Of a stretch of 64,000 nt of DNA, positions 25,718 through 37,214 are shown in pieces. Made by a program: the position numbers and the translations under genes. The stretch is from positions 31,310,001-31,374,000 of the forward strand of contig OZ260665.1 of assembly GCA_965285935.1 (NCBI GenBank), written 5' to 3'. Position 1 is the stretch's first letter; the number at the start of each line of letters is the position of its first letter. This DNA comes from Ophelia neglecta. Taxonomy: Eukaryota. A model generated the notes under the pieces. It searched no databases and was not told the origin of the DNA. It worked only from the letters and a program-made list of their open reading frames with translations.

Positions 25718-25897
25718 ATGCTTGCTGTTCCTAATGCACATCACGCTGCCCCTATAGCCGCCAGAATGCAGCGCCCCTTTTTTGGAGAAATGGATTGTTC
25801 ACCCCCCAGCCTAGAAGGATTCAAGCCTTTGGGTGTAGGGCTGAACTTAAATAACACCCGAACAGACATTGAAACTAGATCAAACAAGACCAATGAG
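25718..25897 (+). CDS. ARID3: ARID3/dri candidate first coding exon (MLAVPNAHHAAPIAARMQRPFFGEMDCSPPSLEGFKPLGVGLNLNNTRTDIETRSNKTNE)
   Basis: 60-codon open frame ending at the phase-0 donor GAG|gtgctc (weak), followed by a U-rich 259-nt intron. It is in frame with the acceptor at 26156. Confidence 0.6.
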
Positions 25898-26156
25898 GTG
25901 CTCTGTGAATTTTGATTGGATTGCCACTAATTTTCATATATGTTTTAATGTGTATTTCTTTTTAATTTTATTGTTACAAACTTCTATAACATTGAACAAG
26001 TTTTGAACACACTCTTTCACATGTACCTCTTTCACATGCTTTGCAGAAATGATATTGATCTTGATGACTGAAGAAAATATGTGTTATCATCTATTAGCTA
26101 TTCCTTATGACTATTAGAAAGACACAGATGTAAGTTTTTTTGTTTTTTACTTTCAG

Positions 26157-26843
26157 TCCAATGATGAAATTAATGGAACAGATATGGAATCAGAACCAGA
26201 GATCCCAAGTGAAAATGATGACATAAATGAAATTGACTCTGAAAAACTGGATGCATCTCACAGAGAAATCCTGGCAAAACTTAAAAGGCAGGAACTTGAA
26301 GAAAGGGAAGAAATAGAAAGAGAATTAAAAGAAGCCCAGAGGGAGGCTGTAGTCAGAGCAAGGAGACACGAGGAACTGAGGGCACAGGAATTAAGGGCTG
26401 AGGACCTGCGAGGAAGCAAAGACATGGACTCCGGTCCAACACAGACAGAAATCAAAACCCAAAGACCACCGGGGCTACTGGCCCAGCACGGTCTCAGTAG
26501 AAACCAGAGCTTTCTGGAAAGGGAAAGAGACCGTGAAAGAGAGAGGGACAGAGAAATGCGAGAGAGGGACCGAGAAAGAGACAAAGAGCAGGAGAAGGAT
26601 AGGGACCGTGAGAGTGACCGAGAACGGGAGAGGGAACAAGAAAGAGAAAGAATGAGGGAGAAAGAACGGGAGAGGCTGCCACCAGCCATAGGACTTGACT
26701 ACAGCACACATCCGGCTTTCTTGGACAGGGCCTTCATGCCCTCACCACCTCCCCGACCCCCCACAGGTGGTTCAGACACTAGCCCCTCTCTAGGAACCAA
26801 CACTCCTGGACACCACTGGACTTTTGAGGAACAATTCAAACAG
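26157..26843 (+). CDS. ARID3: ARID3/dri large exon: acidic/coiled-coil region, RE/RD repeat, Pro-rich linker, start of extended ARID (HHWTFEEQFKQ)
   Basis: Acceptor ttttttactttcag, donor CAG|gtgagt, 687 nt = 229 codons; ORF 26184..26891. Confidence 0.93.
26518..26675 (+). repeat. Purine-rich degenerate hexamer repeat encoding (E/D-R)n
   Basis: GAAAGGGAAAGAGACCGTGAAAGAGAGAGGGAC... translates as ERERDRERERDREMRERDRERDKEQEKDRDRESDREREREQERERMREKERER. Confidence 0.85.
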
Positions 26844-29800
26844 GTGAGTCCAATTTATTGGTCCCACAGTCAACAAATAGCTGGCAATTAGGCTGCTAAA
26901 GAAAAGGTCCATGACCAACAAATTACCTATGAACTTTAATTATGTTGACTTATTAACTCCTAATGGCACACTCTGCCTTTTGTTGCGGCTTGAAAGGCAT
27001 GATGCATGTAATCATTTTCTCAAGATACTTCTTTGTAGTCTTTCATTAGAATCCTCCTTATTCAAAAATGTGTTCGGCGGATATGAAATTAAATGACCGA
27101 ATTGACACAATTATCTTGAAACAAACTAGATGGCCAGTTCAACAATCAGCTTTTTCCTGCCATTGATACATAGTTAAGAAAAGATTCATTCACACTTTAT
27201 TAGTGAGGAATTCCAACATTATCTGTGTTTATACCTGCATAGTACAAGTACATATGCATACTATCTTCTTCTTTGCGGTATTGAGAGGATTTTAAACAGT
27301 AACGTTGGCCATGTTCTAAATAGTGAGTGTGCAATTGTAATGTGTGTGAAGCTACCTGTTCACTCATACAAACTCTAGTAGTAAAGTTGTGCCGTTGGTT
27401 GCTGCTGTTGGCTGTTTGCATGTCAGCAAACACGGCTCTCCGGGTTATCTGAAATAAAGACTCACCTCATTAAAGAATCAGTTAGATAAAGCCACCGGCT
27501 CTCAGCTATTCAACCATCACCAATAAAAGCCTATGTTTTGCATTTGTCAGTGAAAGGCTATTTCCATCATGTGTGAGTGTTAAATGGCAAGATGTGTATA
27601 ATTAATGATTTGATCCATTGTTACAATTACAACTCAATCCATTATAAATATCATCAATTGATCATTGTTCATATTCAGAAGCTTTGAGGACAAAGTTGTG
27701 TGTCATGGCCGGCAGCTTCAAGTCCATCCCTGATGATTGAAATATTAAAAAGGCGGCTCCAAGCATGGGATTAATTTCTCTTTGTTGGCCGGTTTTTTAA
27801 TTCCTCAGAGACTGCTTGATGGCTAAAACTGACATGATAACTTACTTAAGAATACCTAGGGTTTAATAAGATGTAGTATTGCTTGGAATCAAGCTGACGT
27901 TTCTTGATGTGAATAGACCGATCAGGGCATAATCACTATGAAAGCATCAAGTATTTATAGCTAGGAAATTCTGCAAAATAAGTTCTGTGGGAGTGGCTGT
28001 GGTGTTGACACAACCTACATGTACCTTAGTCACTTGGTGATTGACAAATATTTTTTCAATAGTATATTTGCAACAATAATCATATTTTATGTGCATGTGT
28101 GTATATTGATCAGGTAGATTTTTGATTCAGAGTTCACTAGCTACAAAGTGGTGATTTTCAAGAAATGGCAAGATTCATTGGAGTCTGTGACTGCCCAGCA
28201 TTAAGCACTTGTGCACACAATCTAAATGACATCTGCAAGCTTCCCAAAGCTGGATCTCATGTAAACCTGTGGCTTTCATTAAATCCTATAACAATTTCTT
28301 AATCCTGTCAAAGCCTGCTGGAGATGGAGCAGAGCTGTCTTTATTCCAGGCAGATATTGAACTTAAGAGTGCACATGGAAAGTAAAAATGCCAATCAGAT
28401 TGAGCCCCCCACAGTCATGGGCATGTTAGTACGTGTTCACTTAGGGGTAGTGTACACTTAGTCTATAAACTGATTAATGCAAAAACCCACCCTCTTATGG
28501 TTATCACAAGATGTTGTTGTTTCATGCGTGTATTTTTTAAGAAAAGTTCTGTAATTCGACTGCCAGCCATTATAATTTATAAGCAGATGTGATGAAGACA
28601 TATTTGCATCATTACTTCGGGACTTCATGTGCACAGTTATCTACCCCAGCCTAATACAAGACTGGGTCTTCAGTTTTTCTGCGCTCATGAAATTGATAAC
28701 AACAGTTGTGTTTAGGAGAATGAAATTGTCTATCAGTGCAATTTGCTGACTAACCTTGCTATAGGGCCTGATTTCATATAAAAATCACATTGAGGGAGGT
28801 GCCAATACAATTCACAGGCAGGGAAGGCATTAAAAATAGCTGCCAACTCCCACCAGATGTGGCTGGAATAGATCTGGATGTTGGATCTTTATTATAACAT
28901 GGTACCCCTGATATCAATAAGTGGATTTCTCTATGATGTAATCACAGAGCTTTCACAGATTTGGGATATTCCAGGGGCAATGTTGATATCTTTTCCGAGC
29001 ATCTTGTGCTGCTAATCCGCACTACATAAGCCAGTTTCAGCCTCCAGCCCCTGCTTTCTCTCCTACCTAGCAATCAAGCATTTACTTTGTACCATCTCCA
29101 TTAGCATTTCAAGACCATCGATTCACATCCAGATATGTTTTGTCTGTTAAAACCTACTGCGCATTACTTGATGATGGTTAAAATTGGTGTGAAATTTGCT
29201 TTGGTTCAACCAATTAGTTCCAAACGTCAGTAAATAAGTCACATGGTTTCTCTTGGTAGCTTCCAGTGTAAGAGGTAAGCATATGGTGCACATTGTAGTG
29301 GATTAGGGGTGTTTAGGGTCCTCCCAATGACTTGTTGATAGGCTCCGAAGGTTTGATTAGGTCGGGAGGAATTTCGATCAAGGTTTGGGATAATCATGTG
29401 CAAGCATCTATAAAATAGTATGTATATAAATAATGGTATGTGGTTGCCGCACCTTGCTATTCCATTGCTGTTTATCAGTGTTTGTTCCACCAAACTTGAC
29501 TGACTATGTTCATGTGATTCTGAAATATATCCCTTTGCTCTAGTTCTATCAACACAGAATCTGCAAAGTTGCTGAGCATTAAGTGTTCATTTATATCAAT
29601 AAAATGCCCCCATCCTATATATTATTGATAGCAAGATACAGCTGATGATCGCAGTGGCACCTACAGTTGGAATAAGATCTCTTGATGCAGTAAGATGGGC
29701 ATAATAATTTATCCTGAGCTGACAAACTGTTCACACATCACATCAGCCGTTATGTCATCTTATCAGATAAATATCTAATACTGAAATATATGTGGGTAAA

Positions 29801-32800
29801 AAATGTATGCTATCAAGTAAAGCAAATTGATGGTAAGATAATCTGGTGCAATGCCCTGGGGATAATCCGACAGAGGTGTTGAAAGTTGGGAACACTTTAT
29901 ACCAATCTCTGCTTCTAACGGTATAAACACATTTGATTAACGCAGGTGACGCTGTTTGAAAAATGATTCCAAATTACACTCGCTCTTGAAGGATGTGCCC
30001 AGCACATATCCATTATTTATGAAGGAAACTTTCATCGAAGATACAAGCTTTCTCGCGTGCACCTTTTGGTGTTTTTTGCTTCAATTCTTAAAAGCAAAGC
30101 AGCTAGATGAAAATGAGGCTGAATCCGACTTCAACGAGAAAGCCAGTCATTTTTCTGTTCGAACCCAACTAATGTCTTCATATTTAGAGAGAATAAATTC
30201 AATTCTTGTCCATTATGAATCATACAGGGACCAGAAAAATGTGACATCAAAGGTCAAAGAAAGCCTGATAGATGACAATGATAGCCCAAGATGGGACATG
30301 ATAGCAAAGTGGATATTAATTAGTATCAACGTAGACCCTATGAGATAGGTAATTGTGCCTAGCAGAGATATATTATGGCATTATGACCCTTCACTGTCGG
30401 ATGCTGATGGTGTATTATTGAGGGGTGATCCAAGTCTAAATGACATATGGCAGGAGTTGGTGGCTAACAGATGCCAGGGTCTAAATTAGGCCTAATGAAT
30501 TAGACCACAATGGGGAGCTGAAGAATCTCAGGACCAGATCCCTTTGATTGCAGTTAATGGATACTGCGATAGCACTTGATAGTTGATATCAATATGGAGA
30601 CAGGAGAATGGCATCCTCCAATTCTGGCTGGTCTGCCGTCAGCGTCATCACAGTGCATGGTGAGGAATCAATTGTTATCCTTGAAGAGGACTTGACACGC
30701 ACAATCCGCTCATCAGTGGCCGAGATGAGGAGCGGTTTTGTCTCCGATTTGCTCCCAGTTCATTCTGTGATCATTGCAGATCACATCGCTTCCCTAGTGC
30801 AAATTTATTTCAATCAAATATCACGAGATTGCTGCAGAAGACGACAAGATAATAGATGGAATACCCAATTGTCGGTAATCAGGGGACGAATCTGGAGATC
30901 AGATCGGATGCCAGCTTATTGCAGGTCTCCATGTCTACATTGATTAACGCATAATAACGTATGGAAAGTCTGGCCAAATCAACTCAGATCACCCGAAATC
31001 AAGAGCAGATTACATGAGTCACCGGTCAGAGGGAAATGTGGCGGGGTGACCTGGGCAAACCCCTCCCGTGATCTGATATCAAATATGAAATAGATTTGAT
31101 TGTACAAATTAGATTGCTCTAATGAATTTCATCGCAGGTGATGGATCGCTCGCTCTTATATAAACATTGATTTTATTAAGGAACTGAATTGACAAACATA
31201 CATTGACATCAGGCCACATTATGTACAACTAATTGTCTTTCTTCTTCTTGATTCAATGATATTGGTCTGATATCTTGCCCTTAGAGGATTTCCATCTAGA
31301 AGAATTGCATTTATATGGGTTGTGAATACATGAGACTTTATAAATACTAACTTTAGGCAATCTTCTATCTAGAATGATTCTTTTTCATAATAATGCGCAC
31401 TAATTATCTCTACCTGCAAATTAGTGAAGGTAATAGTGGTTGTTCAGTGGCTGGAAGAGTGGTTTCTATGGTGATTTGTAAGGTAGCTGTAGCATGTTTT
31501 GCAAGGTAGTTAGTACAGTGGTTTGTATGGGTGAATTAAATGCTATTTTGCAGCGCCCCTGTGCCATTGCGTTATTAGGCCTCCTGCTGGGTGAACACAT
31601 TCCCCTGCCTTGCACACATGTGCTCTATGCTCTATTAGAATGCTCCCCCTGGGACTCGACACCCCATCCCATCACCGACCTGATCCGAGCATTTATCACT
31701 CTGTCAAATAGTCCTCAGATATCTCTGCCATCAAATGGAGTTTTAATGATCCGATATATAAACTTTTTTTCTATATTTCCATTGCTAAAACAAACTTCTA
31801 CTCACACCATGGAGCCATAGTTCACGAGCTAAGATAGAAATGATTCCCTAAATTCCAAACATTGGTTGTTTGAAGAAGGTTCCATCAACTAAATTTGCCT
31901 GGGTGCAGATCCAACAAATTTGATATAAAGACAGTGTAAGCTCGACAGAGTTTTCTGTATCTTTGAAATCTATCTGGGACTATAACTGTGCTGCAAGAAC
32001 AATCTGGAGAAGTAAAACTGATAACTTTGCAGCTGCATCAACTATCTGCTTTTCTGGACTTTTTCTCTCTGTTGAATCTGCATTGTAGCTTCTACTGACT
32101 TTTCCTAATATCTGATTTCAAGCCAAAAGTATTGGGATTTATTAATGTGTACCACATGCATATGTGCACATAAGCTGCAAAAATGATTTTGATATTCTGC
32201 ACTGCTCGAACTAGATGGCCAATGGAATGCACATGGTGGCTGTAGTTCAGTTAGATATAAAGGTCCTATTGCACATTGCAGAAACAGACAGCACAAACAT
32301 AACTCTGCATCATTCTTTTTCCAGACACCAGATCTTATAAAAATTCTATCCACACTAAGTCTTGATTTTAAATCAATCTAGAATGCCACCAGGATCAACA
32401 ACCTTGCATCTGGCTATAAATATTAGTCTTGTAAAATAAATCCCAGTCGAGGAATTCTTGGCCAAGCTCTAATTTCAATCAAAATGGAATCCTGTCTGTT
32501 GAGAAACTCAGGGGTAGGATGTTTTATTAGGAGTCAAATAAAAATGAACTATTTAGCTGAAGAATGGCACGTGTTAGTATCACTGTAAGCCTGTAGTCAG
32601 TGGCAGTGTCTGTGTTGAAAGTTTATAAAGTCAGGTATCACCCTTGACCCTTTATTGCCCTGAATAAAGTTAAGACACATTGCAGATCTAACCTCCGCTC
32701 ATCTAGTAGGTACACGTGAAGCCTGTTGTAACGGCTGTACCATCCCCCACATCCTAGTAGTTCACAGCCTCCAGCAGATGTATTTACTTTGAGAGGGCAC

Positions 32801-35800
32801 CTCTGATATATATTGTCTGTTGGACATTGCTGCCTGATTATTCAGCTGCTCAGACTGATATCAAGACTGGTCTGACTCAAATTAATCAAGAAACTGCCTG
32901 CTCTACCACCCATAACCCCACTGATTGTTCTAGGAAGATCCATGAAGCCCATCTGCTGGGGAGCTTCCCCCCACCAGATCCTCCTCGCCAGACTCCCCCA
33001 GCAGACAGTGGTTTATATCAGAGTTCTTGGGCCACTTGCGGTCAACTGATCAAAACTATTGGCCTGGACATTTGCAGATAACCCAGCTTACTGGTTGCTC
33101 CCTCCTAAATCTCTACACAACCAGCACTAGTACTTAGAGCAAACAGAATGAATGCCTGTCTGGCTACCAGATTAAGATATAATATACATTTACTAGTATA
33201 CATAGGACTATTCTCTTATAGTTAAGTGATCAATGATCTATCACTGGCATAAGTATCATACTTTTATTAGATATTAGCTAATAAACAAACCAAGAAATGC
33301 TCACCAAATTTTTGTGAGAACCATTTGAAAGCAAAAACTTATAGATCCACAAACCCAAATGAGGTTAAATGTAATACTTGTATATTATCTATAATGAATA
33401 TACATGAAAATTAAGGTGGGGGGGGGGGGCATCTGGAACCAGTTTACATATACACCACTGGAAAGGGTATCTTTTTCAGGCCTTACAATCTAAAGGATAG
33501 CCACTCTTTTTGATAGGATGCTCTAAGATAGCCCCAATATTTCACCTTGTTATATAAAAGCACTTTTTGGCCTTTTACATAAAATTTTGCTCATTAAAAC
33601 CCTTACTGGCTGGCCTCTAGCGGTAACATTTGGCAAAAATAAATCAATTTCCTACCATTTTTCAATTTAAATGCTATGATAAAGACCCTTAATGCTACCC
33701 TATTTCAGTGGTTTTGCTATTAAAATGACCTCCCCCCCCCCCCATTATAGCATCCCTACCTCCCCCCCCCCCCTAGTTATTAAGGTTGTTGACATTAGTT
33801 GTTAGTTGTTTGATATAACCAGACAATATAATATTTCCGACAAAGTCTTTTTCAATCTGACTGATGGATTATAGTGACAGTAAGTTGATAATGGTTTGAA
33901 ACATTGTATTGAAAGTTTATAGCCAACTTTTCTTTCCAATTGTGATTCAAGGAAGTGCACCAGGGCCTTGTTACCCATCCTTTTGACAAATCTACAAAAG
34001 AAATATTGCCTTCTATCCCATGGGGAATTTTTATTACAGCTATTGTCTTGTTTCAAAGAGAAAAACCCTAATCAATGTTGAATACGGTGATAGTTTGTTT
34101 CATACACACCCCCATCAGACAATCAGACAATATATCAGTGTTATTTATTTACAGCCACTGACAATATGGAGTCTGGTCCATCACAATCCCCTATAGAACA
34201 CTATCAAATTGTTTTGGGTTTAATTATACATAAATGTATGTTTTAAAAGTGCCCCAGCCATTGTATGGCTTATTTTATTGTGCTGCGGTTATGGAAGCTG
34301 TGAATTATTTATTTTGATAGGAGAGGATGACATGAAATATTGATATCAACTCTACATTAACAGAATAAAATTGTTCAGGTTGGCTTCTCATTGGAACAAA
34401 ATATAAATATATATTGTTCCCTGCATATATATTTGATAATGATTTATGGGAATTATTGTAAGGGGTACTTTTATCCTTTTTTATTCTGTGATCAGGCCCG
34501 TTTTCTGTTTAGCTTTTACTATGGTAACAACCACAATGGACATTTATACATTGCTGCAATAAAAAAATGTGGAACAAGGAATTTGCATGATTTATTTTAT
34601 CGGACCATTGTCCAAACACATTCGGTAATGCCAGTGACAAGACATTAGCAAATTTCATAAATTATTTTTCAATTCGATTGACTCCTAGCATGTCATAGAT
34701 TATTAACAAATGTTTTCATTTATTGAGTAGAAGCATTTCTCCCCATTTAAACAGGTACTTTCATCAGGGAGACATGAGAAGTGTGTCTTTTTCATAAATT
34801 GGATCAAGAAATAGTTTCAAGATGACTTTGATCAGAACTCCTCATAAAATTACATTAAACTCAACTTTGATGATGGTAAAACATGACTTTCCCACACCGC
34901 CATCTTCTTAGAAGTTTTGGTTGGTGTGTCTTTTTCCTCCATCTGAATGCGGTGTTTTGCGTCAGATTGGATGTCTGATTTGATCCAGTGTCCAAAGTCA
35001 AGCAGGAATGTTGATGACAGAGTGATGGTTCCCACGCCAGGGCGCCAAGCATCGGCTTTTGATATCCAATCCTGCAATGAATCATAATGTTTCTGTTGTT
35101 GCTAAGTTATGTATATAACAAAATAGCAACCCAAGACTTGATATTAAATGGACAGGTGCCGTTTAAACCCCAAGTACAGTGGTCCTTGTCCGTTTTGTTG
35201 ATTTGCCTTTTAGGACACCATTTGGGTTTGGCAAATAGTATGTTTTAATGGATAAAACATGCTGGTTTTCAATTTATGACACTTGACATCTTTGGCATTA
35301 TCCTGCTTTGCACAAGATTTCATGTCACCTAATTTGGCAGGCTCAATCCATTTCAATCAGGTTCTACCTTCAGATGAAAGATGTGGGTACGCAGATCAGG
35401 GGTATGACAATAGTCCCCGGTCCTTGTCGTTTGACATGGGAAAATGCCCCAGCAATATCTTGATTTCACCCTGCTCATGCCAATACCAATCCTGTTGACA
35501 GCTTTCCAGTTACCCATTACAAATTACTCAAGACTTGATACATTGGGAAACAACTGATGGATTGTGTTTAAATGCTGCTAGCATTATGACTCATAAAGTC
35601 TCTCTCAATACTTTTATAATGACAGGCATGTTTTTTAAAACAAATGCATTAAAGTTTTTAATGCCTTGTCTAAGAAGCCTCATTGTTCTCTCACTTAATG
35701 GCGAAAGATAAGCCTGGTATAAACTTCATGAAACTCATCGTAGGTATTAAAATGGCGATCTGATACTTGTACAAGAAGCAGACACATCTGGGTGTTTTTA

Positions 35801-37160
35801 GTCGGCGGAGATGATGGATGAGTTATTTATTTACTCTGATTCATTGCTGGAGATTGTTGACAGACCTGCACAGATATTTTCTACCAAATATTAAGAAGCT
35901 TGCTTGATTAGGAAAGAAGACATTAAAATCTTAAGTTAGAAAGTCTCTGACTGTTGACTGTGTTCTGTGAAGTTAATTTTTACTCTTTAAAGACTTGGCA
36001 ATCATTTTGGTCATGAAGTCTTTGAGACAATCATTTATTTGTCTCATCGCTAACCTGTGGGCATCAAGTGATTGATCCTGGAGGGTTTCAATGATAAGCA
36101 CTGTGCCTTGCGCCACCCGCGGCCACTTGGACCGTTATGTTATTCACCTGTCATCAAGACTAAAAACACAAAGACTGCGGCCAACTGACTAGGTGACCCC
36201 AGGCTACAGAGACCACAGGTGATCATTCACTTTAATTAAGGACACCAAATTGTCGGCTCTGGTGTGACTTCACAATAGTTCTGTTGAAGAACAAACCCGA
36301 AAGTTGCATTGAATCAAGAGCCTGACTGAGGACATTGTCCGAGTCTAAAACATGTATTCGGTACTTGTGCAACAAACTTACGCTTTGCTTTGAGCAGGAA
36401 GCTTATAAATAAAAGGAAAAGTGTCCAGGGCCAAAAGATGTAAGCAGCAGATGTCTTTGATTATGAAAAAATATAATATTAAATAATTATTTCAAGTTAC
36501 GCACTATAAATATAAAAAACAGAGTGCTATTACAGAACAGAAAGATAAACAATGACTCTAATGACAACTGGTCTTCAACAAGTAGTATTTCATAGTGGCA
36601 CTGGCTGCTCCAGCCGTCTGCTCCCCCAGAAGGCATTTGGCAGCAGACACATGCACGGACATGTACAAGGGCAAGAGAATTTCTTGTGCTGTTGTCTTGT
36701 AAGTGCAGTGTACCTGTTGCTACAAGATATGCTGAACACCCAAAGGGTCAAGATGCTCAGCAAATATCAAAAATCTTTGATGATATTCAGTCAGAAGTTA
36801 CTCCATCAAAGCTATGCTTACCACGATAGTTCCTCAAGGGCAACAGCAATGTTTGAATTTCTGGCCATATCTGTTTATTGTAAAAACACCATGAAAAGGC
36901 CTATTGAATGTGTAAGCAAATTGGCCCTGTGGTGTCCGACCTGTCCCTGGAGGGGGGTTTATGTACTAATTAAGCTTGGGTTAGAAGGCATAAGACGTAG
37001 AAATGCCATATTAATAATCATACTAAGATTGTTCTTTCTAGAAAAGGTGAAAGTGACAGATTTTGACTGAATTACTAGGTCATAGTCTGCCCTCTGTTTG
37101 AACAGAGCTATTCATCCTTTGGCCATCACAAAATTCAAATATTAAAAGGGCTTTAACCAC

Positions 37161-37214
37161 AAATTTCTGTTATTGCACCTAGTGCTAAATTTCAGTTATT
37201 GCACCTAGTGCTAA
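37161..37214. repeat. 26-bp tandem duplication
   Basis: AAATTTC(T/A)GTTATTGCACCTAGTGCT x2. Confidence 0.85.

Noticed and set aside
26047-26129. Apparent mini-exon in ARID3 intron 1 (tttgcag ... gat|gtaagt)
   Set aside because: Stops in the required frame (AAA TGA), and the downstream intron would be only about 27 nt.
26258-26711. Antisense ORFs (143, 78 and 71 aa; Ser/Leu/Phe-rich)
   Set aside because: They are the shadow of the purine-rich ER/DR-coding repeat on the opposite strand.
29956-30348. 130-aa ORF with somewhat protein-like composition
   Set aside because: TTG start and no recognisable homology or exon boundaries. It would need a BLASTp hit or RNA coverage to be reconsidered.
36552-37070. 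172-aa plus-strand ORF in ARID3 intron 2
   Set aside because: No recognisable domain, random-looking composition and no convincing splice context.
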